Positions 1 through 11,159 of a stretch of 54,316 nucleotides of DNA are shown piece by piece. A program made the translations under genes and the position numbers. The notes beneath the pieces are model-generated. The model saw only the letters and a list, made by a program, of their open reading frames with translations, was not told where the DNA came from and did no database searches. The DNA is from Nitrosopumilaceae archaeon (lineage in GTDB: Archaea > Thermoproteota > Nitrososphaeria > Nitrososphaerales > Nitrosopumilaceae), in NCBI GenBank assembly GCA_965200155.1, contig CBDATR010000013.1, positions 1 to 54,316 on the forward strand, written 5' to 3'. Position 1 is the stretch's first letter. Every line of letters starts with the position of its first letter.

Positions 1-198
1 CATCTATGCAGAATGCGGGAGAGGTTTCCGCCAGTAGTAACGTATGGTGTGATTGCAAATGCTGTGCAGTGAAATAACAGGATTTAATCTCTGCCTTGGT
101 GGCATATATGGAAGAGTAACCTAAACGGTTACCAGCCAAAACTGTTCTTATCATCTTTACTCACATTGTTTTTAAATGGGAGTTAGCCTACCCCGGTA

Positions 199-978
199 AT
201 GGTAACCGGCCTGGATATACGCATGAGTCGCATACTGTGCAATGGCCGCATGCTATGCATCCCCATGGATCACGGCATATCCAACGGACCCATCGAGGGC
301 CTGAAGGTTCCCGGAGATGTAATATACTCATGCCAGGAGGCAGGCCTTACCAGCGTCATAATAAACAAGGGAATCATAAAGGCATTGCCCAGTGTACCTA
401 ACCTGGGCATATTAGTGCACTTTTCCAGCAGTACGTCACTCTCCCTTTCACCCAATCGCAAGATGCTTACCGGTACCGTAGAGGAAGCCGTGCGTATGGG
501 TGCTGACGGTGTCTCATTACACATCAACATAGGCGGCCGGGAAGAGCCAGAAATGTTGCACGATCTGGGCATGATATCTGAGAGGTGCCAGAACTGGGGA
601 ATGCCCCTGCTTGCTATGATGTATCCCCGGGGCGAAAATATCAGCAACCCCCACGATCCACAGGTAGTAGCCCATGCGGCCCGCATAGGCGCCGAGTGTG
701 GCGCAGACATAATCAAGACAGTATACACTGGAGACGTGGACTCTTTCCGGGACATAATCAAAAGCACGCCGGTGCCGGTAGTAGTGGCAGGTGGACCGCG
801 CGCAAAGACCGTACATGACCTGTTGCGCATGACCCATGACGTAATGAGTGCCGGTGCCTGTGGCGTAACATATGGACGGAACATATTTGCCCACCAGGAC
901 CCACCGGGTATGGTACGGGCACTTTCTGACATTATATTTCGGGGACACAGTGCCGAGGAGGCGGCAAGACATGTCTAG
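199..978 (+). CDS. aroA': 2-amino-3,7-dideoxy-D-threo-hept-6-ulosonate synthase (class I aldolase, DhnA family)
   Basis: PMDHG, MMYPRG, GADIIKT, VVVAGG and GRNIF motifs; first gene of an archaeal shikimate operon. Confidence 0.9.
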   Translation: MVTGLDIRMSRILCNGRMLCIPMDHGISNGPIEGLKVPGDVIYSCQEAGLTSVIINKGIIKALPSVPNLGILVHFSSSTSLSLSPNRKMLTGTVEEAVRMGADGVSLHINIGGREEPEMLHDLGMISERCQNWGMPLLAMMYPRGENISNPHDPQVVAHAARIGAECGADIIKTVYTGDVDSFRDIIKSTPVPVVVAGGPRAKTVHDLLRMTHDVMSAGACGVTYGRNIFAHQDPPGMVRALSDIIFRGHSAEEAARHV

Positions 979-1990
979 GGAACAGGATATTATTGTGGCC
1001 CCGGGCCCGGGCATAACCATGAACCAGTTGGGATCTCTGGGCATACGAATGGTACTGACTGATGCCCAGGAGATACCCGCGGGCATGATGGCTTTGCGCA
1101 CCACCGATGGCACCACGTATACCATAACCGGGAATAACACGAATCAGGACGGCAAGCGCTATTGCATACGGTCCAATGCGGACATTCACGATATGCTGCA
1201 AGAGGCTTCCGCGGGACTGGACTTTGTCATAGTGGATGTAGAGGACTGGAAGATAATTCCCCTGGAAAATACCATAGCCAAGCTACATGATATAGATACG
1301 CGTATTATTGTCACCGGACGCACGGCCCAGGAGACCCGCAAGCTCTTCTCCATACTGGACATAGGTGTGGATGGCGTCATACTGGAATCTGCATCCATGG
1401 ACGAGATAGCCGGTACTGTATCACTATTCAGAAATGCCGGTCTTGAGATGCAACCGGCTAAGATAACTGCCGTCCTGGAAGTGGGCGACGGGGAACGGGT
1501 ATGTGTCGATACGATCTCCATGCTGGGCATGGGCGAGGGAATGCTGGTGGGCAACCGATCCAACTTTCTGTTCCTCGTACATAATGAGTCGGTGGGCTCC
1601 TCATTTACATCACCAAGACCTTTTCGCGTAAATGCCGGAGCCGTTCACTGCTATACCATAACCCCGGACGGTACCACAAAATATCTCTCAGAACTGGAAA
1701 GCGGCTCAGAAGTTCTTGTTGTAGACCAAAAGGGAAAGACCCGCCGTTCCGCGGTTGGACGCTCAAAGATAGAGCGGCGGCCCATGCTATACGTGGCCGC
1801 GGCCACTGATGATGAGCAGGGCAGCATAATAGCGCAGAACGCGGAAACCATACGCTTTATACGACAAGACGGCGACTTGGTATCGGTCACCCATCTAAAG
1901 GAGGGTGACCACATAATGGTGCATGCCACCCCCGCGGCGGGCAGGCACTTTGGGATGAGAGTGGCCGACGAGTACATTCTCGAGAAATGA
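971..1990 (+). CDS. aroB': 3-dehydroquinate synthase II
   Basis: WKIIPLEN, GERVCVDT, RPFRVNAGAVH and QNAETIR motifs; ATG at 971 overlaps the upstream gene end. Confidence 0.92.
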   Translation: MSREQDIIVAPGPGITMNQLGSLGIRMVLTDAQEIPAGMMALRTTDGTTYTITGNNTNQDGKRYCIRSNADIHDMLQEASAGLDFVIVDVEDWKIIPLENTIAKLHDIDTRIIVTGRTAQETRKLFSILDIGVDGVILESASMDEIAGTVSLFRNAGLEMQPAKITAVLEVGDGERVCVDTISMLGMGEGMLVGNRSNFLFLVHNESVGSSFTSPRPFRVNAGAVHCYTITPDGTTKYLSELESGSEVLVVDQKGKTRRSAVGRSKIERRPMLYVAAATDDEQGSIIAQNAETIRFIRQDGDLVSVTHLKEGDHIMVHATPAAGRHFGMRVADEYILEK

Positions 1991-2652
1991 AGTATACCAC
2001 ATGTGTTCCACTGGCACATGATACCACTCATGCCATGATGACAAGTCTTGAGGACGCCCTTGCGGTATCAAGGTATGTGGAGCTGAGGCTGGATTATTTA
2101 GAGCCGGACCACATCATTCCATTCATGGAACAGGCAAGACAGAACCACGACATGAGCAGAATTATACTTACAGTGCGGCCGGACTCTGAGGGTGGCCGCT
2201 TTGCCGGGAATGAGTCCCGGCGCCATGATATCCTGGAAGAGATATCAGGATATGGCCCACATTTTACCGATGTCGAGTATGACACACTAAGGAATCAGCC
2301 CGGACTGCAAGAGCGCATACAGTCTCATATACTGGTATCGTGGCATGACTTTGGGGGGACGCCCCCGCCGTTACAACTGCAAGCCCGCATGCAGGACATG
2401 ACTGAATACTCGGATACGGTAAAGATTGTGGTGACCATTCAGGAGTCACGGGAAGCAGCTGGCATACTGAGTATGTATACGGAACGGGGCAATACTACAC
2501 TGGTGGCCTTTGCGATGGGGATGGCTGGCAGATTCACGCGGGTCTGCGCCATGCACCTGGGATGCCCATTCATGTATGCCTCGCTGGGCAAGGCAGTGGC
2601 TCCGGGCCAATACTCCATAGAAGAGGTGCGCCGCATGGAGGGTATCATTTGA
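1987..2652 (+). CDS. aroD: type I 3-dehydroquinate dehydratase
   Basis: VELRLD, EGG, SWHDF and APGQ motifs; operon context. Confidence 0.9.
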   Translation: MKYTTCVPLAHDTTHAMMTSLEDALAVSRYVELRLDYLEPDHIIPFMEQARQNHDMSRIILTVRPDSEGGRFAGNESRRHDILEEISGYGPHFTDVEYDTLRNQPGLQERIQSHILVSWHDFGGTPPPLQLQARMQDMTEYSDTVKIVVTIQESREAAGILSMYTERGNTTLVAFAMGMAGRFTRVCAMHLGCPFMYASLGKAVAPGQYSIEEVRRMEGII

Positions 2653-2684
2653 ACTTAAATTCACCATAGGAATGGTGCTGTATA

Positions 2685-3491
2685 TTGAAGACTTTTGCCA
2701 TCATAGGATACCCCATAAGCCACTCCCTCTCACCGGCAATGCATAACGCCGCCTTTGCGGACATGGGCATGAACTGTACCTATATGGCGTACAAGGTAAG
2801 ACCGGAAGACCTCCACGACAGCCTGGACTCACTGCGAAATTCCGGAATTGCGGGATTCAATGTAACAATTCCCAACAAGGAGGCCATAATGAGGTATCTG
2901 GATGTGGTATCAGAATCCTGCAGTATGGTGGGCGCCGCCAATACCGTATCCATAGAGAATGGCATCATGCACGGATACAACACAGACATGGAAGGATTTC
3001 TGCGGCCACTGGATGAGCGCAGCATACAATTAAAGGGTGCCAAGATTCTGTTACTGGGCGCCGGGGGCGCGGCACGCGCTGCGGCAGTGGGACTGGTTAC
3101 CAGAAATATACAGTCAATACGCATATGTAACAGGGACCGGAACCGTGCCAAAAACCTCGCCATACACTGCAGGAAGATGGGAGCTGAATCTTACCACGGC
3201 CCCCTGCCTGCGGAAATACCTCCCGACTACGACTTGGTGATAAATGCGACCTCCGCGGGCATGGGCGGGGGCTCATTCCCCGTAAGTATGGCCAAGGGCA
3301 GGTATGTAGCATATGACATGGTATATACTCCGCCGAAGACGGATTTTCTTGTACGTGCCAGTATGGCCGGTGCTGACATAATATACGGATGGGAGATGCT
3401 ATTGGCTCAGGCAGAGCTGGCCTTTGAGATATGGCACGGCTCAAAGGCGCCCCGGGAAATTATGAGGCGCGTCCTCATGGGGGACTTATGA
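2685..3491 (+). CDS. aroE: shikimate dehydrogenase
   Basis: HSLSP, NVTIP, NTD, GAGGAARA and DMVY motifs; TTG start. Confidence 0.93.
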   Translation: MKTFAIIGYPISHSLSPAMHNAAFADMGMNCTYMAYKVRPEDLHDSLDSLRNSGIAGFNVTIPNKEAIMRYLDVVSESCSMVGAANTVSIENGIMHGYNTDMEGFLRPLDERSIQLKGAKILLLGAGGAARAAAVGLVTRNIQSIRICNRDRNRAKNLAIHCRKMGAESYHGPLPAEIPPDYDLVINATSAGMGGGSFPVSMAKGRYVAYDMVYTPPKTDFLVRASMAGADIIYGWEMLLAQAELAFEIWHGSKAPREIMRRVLMGDL

Positions 3492-4336
3492 AAGAGGCTC
3501 AGGCCATCGTATATGGGGCCGTATCCATAGTAAATGCCATAGGGACTGGCAGGGGGGCCACCTTGGGAACCTCCCTGAGTACGGTGGCCACTGTCTCGGC
3601 CTCGAGTGGTAGCGGAATCGTTGTGAATACGGCAAACCAGAGCCCCCAGCTCATGGGCATGACCGTAAGGAATATTGTTCCGCGCAGGGATCTGGAGAGA
3701 TACCAAATCGACATATCCATAGAGACGCATACGCCTACAGGATGCGGACTCAAGAGCTCCAGTGCGACATCGACTGCCGTATCCATGGCTTGCGCCAAAC
3801 TATTCAATCCCGAGGCTAGCGAGAAAGAGATACTGTACGCGGGAGTGGATGCGGCCATAAGATCCGGCGTAAGCATGACGGGCGCGTATGATGATGTCTG
3901 TGGATGTTATTATGGCGGCATTAACATTACGGATAATACTGCCAAATCACTGGTCAAACGGCTGGAGGCGCCGCACAGCATGGTTGCGGTAATATTTGTG
4001 CCCAATGAGCGGCGGCGCCACAACGTACGCAGTCTTAGGAGGGTATCGGCATTGCTGGACAAGTGCTGGCATTTAGCCAAGAATGGTTACCACTGGGATG
4101 CCATGATTATGAACGGTCTGGCCGTATCGTCCATTCTTGGCCCCAATCCCCAACTGCTGAACGAGTTACTACAGGAAGGCGCCATAGCGGCGTCCCTCTC
4201 CGGGAACGGGCCTGCCATAGCGGCCCTGGCGCGATCCGGTGAGGAAAGAACGGTTCAAAGAGTGTTTACGGACATGGACGGGCGCGTCATAATATCACCC
4301 CTAAGTAACAGGAAGGCCGAATGCCATGAACTGTAA
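3488..4336 (+). CDS. aroK: archaeal shikimate kinase (GHMP family)
   Basis: GAVSIVNAI, GLKSSSA, TGAYDD and SGNGP motifs; ATGA overlap at 3488. Confidence 0.9.
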   Translation: MKEAQAIVYGAVSIVNAIGTGRGATLGTSLSTVATVSASSGSGIVVNTANQSPQLMGMTVRNIVPRRDLERYQIDISIETHTPTGCGLKSSSATSTAVSMACAKLFNPEASEKEILYAGVDAAIRSGVSMTGAYDDVCGCYYGGINITDNTAKSLVKRLEAPHSMVAVIFVPNERRRHNVRSLRRVSALLDKCWHLAKNGYHWDAMIMNGLAVSSILGPNPQLLNELLQEGAIAASLSGNGPAIAALARSGEERTVQRVFTDMDGRVIISPLSNRKAECHEL

Positions 4337-5603
4337 GGTAGAAAAATCCGTACTGAGCGGATGCGTGGCCTGCCCGCATAACAAGAGCTATACTCATAGA
4401 GCAATATTCCTGGCATCACTGGCAGGAGAGGGCAGCATAGTTCGGGAGGCCCTATTATCAGAGGATACACATGCAACCATACGGGTCTGCAGGGCCTTGG
4501 GAGCAACATTGCACGTGGACGATGTCATTAGGGTGGAGAGGGGCATGGATTTGCAATCAGATGTTATGATTGACGCGGCCAACTCCGGCACGACTATACG
4601 CATAGCCGCGGCGCTGTCGGCTCTGTTCCCACATATGGTGACATTGAGTGGCGATACAAGCCTACAGCGGCGGCCCATGCAACCATTACTGGATGCACTA
4701 GAGTCGGTGGGCGCCCGGTGCAACTCCACACAGGGCAGGCCGCCCATACAGGTATCGGGAATAATGAGGGGAGGAACCATTAGCATATCGGGTGATGTCT
4801 CCAGCCAGTTCATATCTGCCCTTATGATCGCCGCGCCCCGTACCGCCCGGGGCATGGAGATACACGTGAAAGCGGATTTGGTCTCAAAGCCGTACCTGGA
4901 CATAACCATGGCGACTATGCGCCGCTTTGGGGTCGCGGTAAGAACCATAATGCCGTATCGCTCCTATGTGATTCCGCCGCAACCCTATCGCCCCGGGGAG
5001 TTTACCGTTCCGCTGGACTTTTCCAGCATGGCCATACTGTTGTCCGCGGCAGTAATGTGCGGCGGGAATATGACCATAAGAGGAACCATGGATGAGCTGC
5101 CACAGGGCGATGAGGCATTCATAGACATACTGGAGATGCTGGGCATTACCGTGACAGTATCAGAGGATATAATATCGGTCAGTGTGCCATCGGTATTGCG
5201 GGGCGGCTCCTTTGATTTGGGGAATTCGCCGGATTTGTTGCCTCCCCTGGCCATACTGTCACTGATGCCCGGAAAACCCATAAACATAACCAATGTAGGG
5301 CATGCCCGGCTCAAGGAGACAGACAGGATAGGAGCCATATGCCAGGAACTGCAAAAGATGGGCGTCACGATTCATGAGAGACCGGACGGAATGCTTCTTG
5401 AGTCACCGTCTTGCATACGGGGAGCCAGCCTGGACGCTAGGGGAGATCACCGTTTATTCATGGTATTTTGTATAGCGGGTATGTATGCCGGTAACTGTGT
5501 GGTATCGGATGCGGATTCTGTTTCAGTATCGTATCCGGCATTCATACAGGATATGGTAGCAGCAGGCGGCCAGCTGAGCACAGAGCAAGATGCCTGGCAT
5601 TGA
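4326..5603 (+). CDS. aroA: 3-phosphoshikimate 1-carboxyvinyltransferase (EPSP synthase)
   Basis: KSYTHR, NSGTT, SSQFISAL, RLKETDR and DHR motifs. Confidence 0.93.
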   Translation: MNCKVEKSVLSGCVACPHNKSYTHRAIFLASLAGEGSIVREALLSEDTHATIRVCRALGATLHVDDVIRVERGMDLQSDVMIDAANSGTTIRIAAALSALFPHMVTLSGDTSLQRRPMQPLLDALESVGARCNSTQGRPPIQVSGIMRGGTISISGDVSSQFISALMIAAPRTARGMEIHVKADLVSKPYLDITMATMRRFGVAVRTIMPYRSYVIPPQPYRPGEFTVPLDFSSMAILLSAAVMCGGNMTIRGTMDELPQGDEAFIDILEMLGITVTVSEDIISVSVPSVLRGGSFDLGNSPDLLPPLAILSLMPGKPINITNVGHARLKETDRIGAICQELQKMGVTIHERPDGMLLESPSCIRGASLDARGDHRLFMVFCIAGMYAGNCVVSDADSVSVSYPAFIQDMVAAGGQLSTEQDAWH

Positions 5604-5648
5604 TTCATACCGGTATAGAACCGCTTAAATCAACCCAGTTATAGCCAT

Positions 5649-6707
5649 ATGTCATTGACCTCGGCCCTGCAGAGACTTTTGAGCGAGATGAATACAGTTG
5701 ATGCATCAGTCATACATGATGATACGATAGTGAGTGCCGGCAAGTACAAGATTATTCCGGATAATTTCAGGGAGATTCTACCAACGAGTAATCCCGGAAA
5801 GATTGTATTCATAGACGGCGGCAATGGAGTCATATACCAGTCACCAAGACATGCCGTTGTGATAAATCGACTGTATGCCTGCGCCTTCCGGGGCGATACC
5901 AGGGTGAAGGAGTTTCCCCATACGCGAGTCCAGTATTATTCGCTGATTACGCGCAAGGGCAACTCGGTAGATACCATGTCATATGATGTGAAACTGTTCA
6001 CGGACCAGTCAAATCAACACATGCCCGACGAGGAAGATGTGGCATCGGCCATATTGTACAGGCCCTGGGATAACACGCGGGTTCTGTCATCGGCCAGGAG
6101 TCTGGGGGAGTGGCGCATGGCGTGTAATGTAATAGATACTCTGGAAGAGGGCGATGTTATAGTAAAGGACGGCTCCCTTATGGCCATTGGTCCGACCGAG
6201 GAGTCTTATGCTGAGCAACTGTTTGAGGCAGCGCGGAGTCGTGGTGTTATAGTATGCACACTCTCAAAGACCAGTGACAAGCTTACCCGGGGCGGCGAAC
6301 CATTACTGGAACATGTTAAAAACGTGTCAAAAGAGGTAGGGTTTGGCATGTGGTATATTGAGGTGGCAGAGAATATGACCGAGTATGACAGGGGATTTGT
6401 CATGGCCATACGGCTGCACCAAGCAGCGGACAGGGTATACAGGTTTGACATACTACGAGAGCAGTATGAAGAAATGAGTGTTCAGGAGAGAGAGCATGTA
6501 CTAAGTAGTGTGGCGGCAAACTCCGGCGATATCGTATACCTTGGATATCCGTACGGCCTGATTGATGCAGACAGGTGGGCACAGGTAAGAATAGAGGATA
6601 TCATTATCAACAGGCAGTCCATGATATATGGACAGGGGACTAGTATTGATGAGGCATACTTTGGCAGTGTTGCAATGCACGAGTATCTCAACGAGGTGAC
6701 CGGTTGA
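5649..6707 (+). CDS. nurA: NurA 5'-3' nuclease
   Basis: FIDGG, KDGSL, SKTS and [10 protein letters not shown] motifs; coupled to a HerA gene. Confidence 0.85.
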   Translation: MSLTSALQRLLSEMNTVDASVIHDDTIVSAGKYKIIPDNFREILPTSNPGKIVFIDGGNGVIYQSPRHAVVINRLYACAFRGDTRVKEFPHTRVQYYSLITRKGNSVDTMSYDVKLFTDQSNQHMPDEEDVASAILYRPWDNTRVLSSARSLGEWRMACNVIDTLEEGDVIVKDGSLMAIGPTEESYAEQLFEAARSRGVIVCTLSKTSDKLTRGGEPLLEHVKNVSKEVGFGMWYIEVAENMTEYDRGFVMAIRLHQAADRVYRFDILREQYEEMSVQEREHVLSSVAANSGDIVYLGYPYGLIDADRWAQVRIEDIIINRQSMIYGQGTSIDEAYFGSVAMHEYLNEVTG

Positions 6708-8230
6708 CTACAGGACAGATTGTAGGGGGAGAGATAAGCCAGATACTGGTGCGGCAACAGTCAAAGTCGCGGCTGGAGATAGGCGACCTTTTGGTCTCGC
6801 AGGAGGATGATGGCTCCATGCTGATATTGCAGGTCTTTAATCTTACATATGGCTCCCAGCTGGAAGCCAAGACAAAGGAGCTTATATCAGGAGTGTCGCT
6901 GGAGGGCCAGCCGCAGGATGCAACATTCTATGAGTCGCATGTAGTGAATTATGTGCTGGCCAGCGTAAAGGCGCTGGTGCATGTGGGCGCGAAAGTCAAG
7001 CTGCCCAAGAATCTCCCCCCGTTCTTTAACAAGCTGAGAATGATAACCACAAATGATCTGCGGTTCCTGCAACAGGGTGGTTCCAACAAGATATTTGTGG
7101 GAAACATACGGAGCGGGAGCAAGGTTCTAGATGCAGAAGTCTGGCTGGACGCAGTGGAGATATTTTCCCATCACGTACTGATACCGGCTACGACGGGGCG
7201 GGGTAAATCCAACCTTGTGAAGGTAATACTGTATCATTTACTCAACTCCAACAGCGTGGGGACGCTGGTTTTAGACGCGCATAACGAGTATTACGGGGAT
7301 TTGAACGGTCATAGAATGGCACGAAATAACCTGAAATATTATACGCCCGGAAATCCCCCTCCCGGGGCACTACACCTTACCATTAGTCTTGAGACAATAA
7401 TGCCGGACCATTTTGAGGGAATAGTGGAGCTTACAGAACCACAAGTCCGTGCAATGAAGAGTTACCGGTCAAGGAATGGCGAAAAGTGGATAAGCAAGAT
7501 AATGCTGGATGACCCCACAAAGGTGAGCGAGGAGACCAAGAGCGCCACACTATTTGCTTTACAGCAAAAACTCAGGCTGGCACTGGATTTGGATATTGAT
7601 TATGCAAACAATGTACTGGTCTCAAAGAACAAGGTATTTGATAGTACAAGAGGGGACAGGACTGTCAATGATATAGTGGGGCATATCGAGTCAGGAAAGG
7701 TGGTGGTACTAGATACGTCCACGCTTAGTGATCAGGCGGAGCTTATTGTGGGGTGTATGGCGGCATCCCGTCTTTTGGATAAGTACAGGGAAGCCAAGAC
7801 ACAGGGGACTCTGGGGGGAAAGCCGGTGGCCACCATAGTGATTGAGGAAGCCCCGAGAGTCATAGGTGATGATGTATTGCAGTCGGGGACCAATAATATT
7901 TACTCTACAATAGCCCGGGAGGGACGCAAATTCAAGGTAGGGCTTACCGCGGTGACGCAGCTTAGTAGCGTGATACCCAAGACAATACTGGCTAACATGA
8001 ATACAAAGATAATTCTTGGTAACGAGATGCAGCTGGAAAGGCAGGCATTGATTAGCTCTGCATCGCAGGATCTCTCAGATGATGATCGCAATATCGCAAG
8101 CCTGGACCGGGGCGAGGCACTAATTACCAGCATATTTGTGCCCTTTGCGTTACCCATCAAGATTCCCAGTATTGAAGAAGTGAAAAAGAAGGAAGTGGCT
8201 GCCAAGGTTGAGAAGCTCAAGGTTTTTTGA
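6704..8230 (+). CDS. herA: HerA/FtsK-family DNA translocase/helicase
   Basis: N-terminal HAS-barrel-like region, Walker [27 protein letters not shown] and TQ motifs. Confidence 0.9.
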   Translation: MTTGQIVGGEISQILVRQQSKSRLEIGDLLVSQEDDGSMLILQVFNLTYGSQLEAKTKELISGVSLEGQPQDATFYESHVVNYVLASVKALVHVGAKVKLPKNLPPFFNKLRMITTNDLRFLQQGGSNKIFVGNIRSGSKVLDAEVWLDAVEIFSHHVLIPATTGRGKSNLVKVILYHLLNSNSVGTLVLDAHNEYYGDLNGHRMARNNLKYYTPGNPPPGALHLTISLETIMPDHFEGIVELTEPQVRAMKSYRSRNGEKWISKIMLDDPTKVSEETKSATLFALQQKLRLALDLDIDYANNVLVSKNKVFDSTRGDRTVNDIVGHIESGKVVVLDTSTLSDQAELIVGCMAASRLLDKYREAKTQGTLGGKPVATIVIEEAPRVIGDDVLQSGTNNIYSTIAREGRKFKVGLTAVTQLSSVIPKTILANMNTKIILGNEMQLERQALISSASQDLSDDDRNIASLDRGEALITSIFVPFALPIKIPSIEEVKKKEVAAKVEKLKVF

Positions 8231-8492
8231 GTGGCAAGTGCCGGGTTTTTTGGACATCAAGTTTGTGACACTGTATCGGACTAGATTTTTGAAGTGATAG
8301 AAATAATGGATTTTTGTCCGTGATCGTTTTGAGCATCGTTGTTTTACAGACCTATTTGCATAATGTCCTACAAATGAATTTTCTTAACTCGTTCTTCCCA
8401 AATATTCTACACTAGACCGTATGCGCAGAATCACTTCTCCCACCCTGCACGTCTAAACCAAGTTGTTAGATACGAACAATTGACCTAGTATC

Positions 8493-9692
8493 ATGGGTTT
8501 TCCCACAGACTCGTGTGAAACAGAAAAGTTAAGACCTAATTTTGTAATACCAGGTATGCTAAAAGCAGAAGAACTCACCAGGGAGCAGTTAGTCACAGAG
8601 TACTGCCGGCTACGCACCAGGTCCGAGGCCGAAGTAACAAACCTGCGTGGAAAAGTTGACAGTTTACGTGGGAAAAATGACAGCCTGCACGCCAAACTTG
8701 AAGCTCAAACAAAGAATGCCCTCGTTTCAAATCTTGATGATATCATAGAACGCAAGGATCAGCTTCATTCCCTGACCGGATGCACCCCGGAAGAGTTCAA
8801 ATGGATACTAATCAGATTCACAGAATACGTAGAGTCCCTGGAAGGCGATGATGCACGGCGATTCTTAGAACTTACAAATGATCGCGGGCACGTGAACAAA
8901 TTTCCGGTCAGGCATGTACTCTTAGTTACACTGATACGCCTGCGCTGCAATACAAAGCAGGAGCTGCTGGCAGCAATACTCAAGATAAACCAGTCAAACA
9001 TATGTCGTTACATCCAGTTTACAAAGCAGGGACTGATCAAGATACTCCCAACGGCCGATACCGTTGCAAAAGCAATATCACAAATCAAGTCAGCATCGGA
9101 CTTTAAGGAAATTGTTCCAGGCCGAGCCGGAGGGGAGATAAAGACTGACGGGACACATGTACGCGTACAACGTCCTGAAAAAAATCAGGAGGCAATGTAC
9201 TCTGGTAAACAAAAAACCCACACGTATAACGTACAGATAACATCAAACAAGAAAAGACTGATAATTCACGTCAGTGGAGTATATGAGAGAAAAAGACACG
9301 ATTATGGTATATTCAAGAATGATATTCCCCTCGGTGGCAAGTCCCTAAAAGAATCAACCACGCTGCCATCTGAGAAGATAACAGTAATAGCAGATGCAGG
9401 ATACCAGGGTATGAAAGACTTCCTACCCGGCGCAAAGGTCATGATTCCATACAGGGGTAGGGAATCACTCACTAAAACTGAAAGGAAATACAACCAATAT
9501 GTATCAAAAAGGCGCATATTAATCGAGAATGTAATTCGAATGCTAAAGGTATATCGTAGATTAAGTCAGGTATATGATGGCAGTCGTGAGGAATTCCGGG
9601 AAGATCTACTCGTAGTATCCGGGTTGCATAATTTACACATTATGCACAAGCATACCAGGTACAAGAAATTCTTGAAAAATATCTGTCCATAA
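8493..9692 (+). CDS. IS5-family transposase, open reading frame intact
   Basis: DGT, YSGKQKTH, ADAGYQG and RILIENV..LK motifs; HTH upstream. Confidence 0.88.
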   Translation: MGFPTDSCETEKLRPNFVIPGMLKAEELTREQLVTEYCRLRTRSEAEVTNLRGKVDSLRGKNDSLHAKLEAQTKNALVSNLDDIIERKDQLHSLTGCTPEEFKWILIRFTEYVESLEGDDARRFLELTNDRGHVNKFPVRHVLLVTLIRLRCNTKQELLAAILKINQSNICRYIQFTKQGLIKILPTADTVAKAISQIKSASDFKEIVPGRAGGEIKTDGTHVRVQRPEKNQEAMYSGKQKTHTYNVQITSNKKRLIIHVSGVYERKRHDYGIFKNDIPLGGKSLKESTTLPSEKITVIADAGYQGMKDFLPGAKVMIPYRGRESLTKTERKYNQYVSKRRILIENVIRMLKVYRRLSQVYDGSREEFREDLLVVSGLHNLHIMHKHTRYKKFLKNICP

Positions 9693-9747
9693 TTTCCGTG
9701 TTATTATAATTCGAATATTACTCATCAGAAAATCCACTAAATTAATG

Positions 9748-9846
9748 GTATGAGTTCACGTCTTCCGGAATCTTGTGCACAAAAGAACCGGTTCTTTAAC
9801 TGTCGCGATCAGTTGTGCGTAAATTTAGACACAGGTGAACTCATAC
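9748..9846 (+). mobile_element. 92-bp MITE (99-bp scarred variant) inside IS5 copy 1
   Basis: TIR GTATGAGTTCAC/GTGAACTCATAC; TCACA replaced by AGAACCGGTTCT. Confidence 0.95.
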
Positions 9847-10340
9847 AACCGTTTAGCTCACTTCCGATATACTTCATCAAGATCCGGTTACCCCACTACA
9901 CGACATACGTTAGTGCTGGCAGGTGCCATTCACATTGTTCATGCTTGACGGATTGTGTGCCATAAAATACACCCCAGTTTGAAGCAACATGGGCTGTTAC
10001 TGTCAATCATGCGCATAAGGTCTAATGTCAACCTGTAGAAAAACTGAGTTTCACTTATGGTGGCCGCGGAACTTGCAGCCAATCTGGGAATGGTTCTCCC
10101 AGTAGAGTGACCTTTTAGATCATCCTCCGACTCTCTCTGCTTCAGATAGTCAGTGTCTAGAGGATTGAAACTGGTCAGTCTTTCCCAATGGTCTCATCAA
10201 GACCGTACCAAGACTTGTACTCTCTTGTGTGACCTAAACGGTTACATGTCGTGTCGTTATGGATGTACCACAATCCCACTAATGACGAACCGATCAAGTT
10301 AGGGCGCCATGTAAGTGTGGATGAGGCCATAATAGAAAAA

Positions 10341-10922
10341 TTATAGATTGTCCATGGAACGGGAATGCTTGGACGTATGCGGTCTCTCTCCGGAGTATCT
10401 GCGACGCATGTGACCAGAGGGTCGGCCATCCAGCAGTTCAAGGAACCATGATTCATGCTCTATCTCTTCTGCCAGTATGTGAGATGCAAGCTCGTATGTC
10501 ATGGGATCCTTGCCATGAGTCATATTGCATACCTTGTTCCAGTTTACGATAGCGCCCTGCTCGGCCTTGAGACATTTTTCCAGTATCTGTCGCAGGCTTG
10601 TACTCTTTGTGGACTGGAGAAAGTCCGCTCCTGCCAACTTTGTGAAATCAGATATATCCTTTGGAAACTCGCCGCCCAGCTGGTATATTCTGTCTATGCA
10701 TGACTCAAAGTGGCTCAGATCCTCGAGGCGTGCATCCTCAATGACCCCCTTGACACCCTCGCCATCCATGCCGGTACAGAATGCCCTCAGATTTGTAAAG
10801 TAATAATATGCCACAAACTCTACGGACGCGTTGTATACCAGTACGTCAATGAGCTCGTCTACATCTATTCCATTCTGCTTTAGTACCTTGACGCCCACAA
10901 CTGTGTGTTTTTTTGTTGCCAT
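10341..10922 (-). CDS. ferritin-like DNA-protection protein (Dps-like/DpsL)
   Basis: AYYY, EDARLEDLSHFE, KAEQGAI and EEIEHE di-iron motifs. Confidence 0.85.
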   Translation of the reverse strand: MATKKHTVVGVKVLKQNGIDVDELIDVLVYNASVEFVAYYYFTNLRAFCTGMDGEGVKGVIEDARLEDLSHFESCIDRIYQLGGEFPKDISDFTKLAGADFLQSTKSTSLRQILEKCLKAEQGAIVNWNKVCNMTHGKDPMTYELASHILAEEIEHESWFLELLDGRPSGHMRRRYSGERPHTSKHSRSMDNL

Positions 10923-11058
10923 TGAGGGAGGACAATATCAATTACGTATTAAATATTGATGTCATTATCTGTGTAACCGTTTAGGTCTCACCATGACTTA
11001 ACCATATGTTCTGATTAGTCCAATACACGACATATGGAAGACCCCGAGGTTGAGATTC

Positions 11059-11159
11059 GTATGAGTTCACGTCTTCCGGAATCTTATGCATAAATCACAT
11101 TAACTAGAACAACCTGTTCCATCAGTTATGCGTAAATTTAGACACAGGTGAACTCATAC
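11059..11159 (+). mobile_element. MITE (101-bp variant with a 15-bp scar)
   Basis: Both TIRs present; GTCGCG replaced by AGAACAACCTGTTCC. Confidence 0.95.

Larger units (their letters stand above)
8414..10023 (+). mobile_element. IS5-family (DDE_Tnp_4-like) element, copy 1
   Basis: Terminal inverted repeats AGACC(G/T)TATGCGCA; near-identical copy at 29062-30635. Confidence 0.85.

Noticed and set aside
9880-9891. AGATCCGGTTAC as a one-sided scar
   Set aside because: It is the same length as the homologue at ~53113, and a third homologue near 34912 has TCCTGTTA, so point substitutions suffice.
9750-9965. Recurring short ORFs with MSSRLPESCAQ / CRDQLCVNLDTGELI
   Set aside because: These are translations of the MITE, not a protein family.
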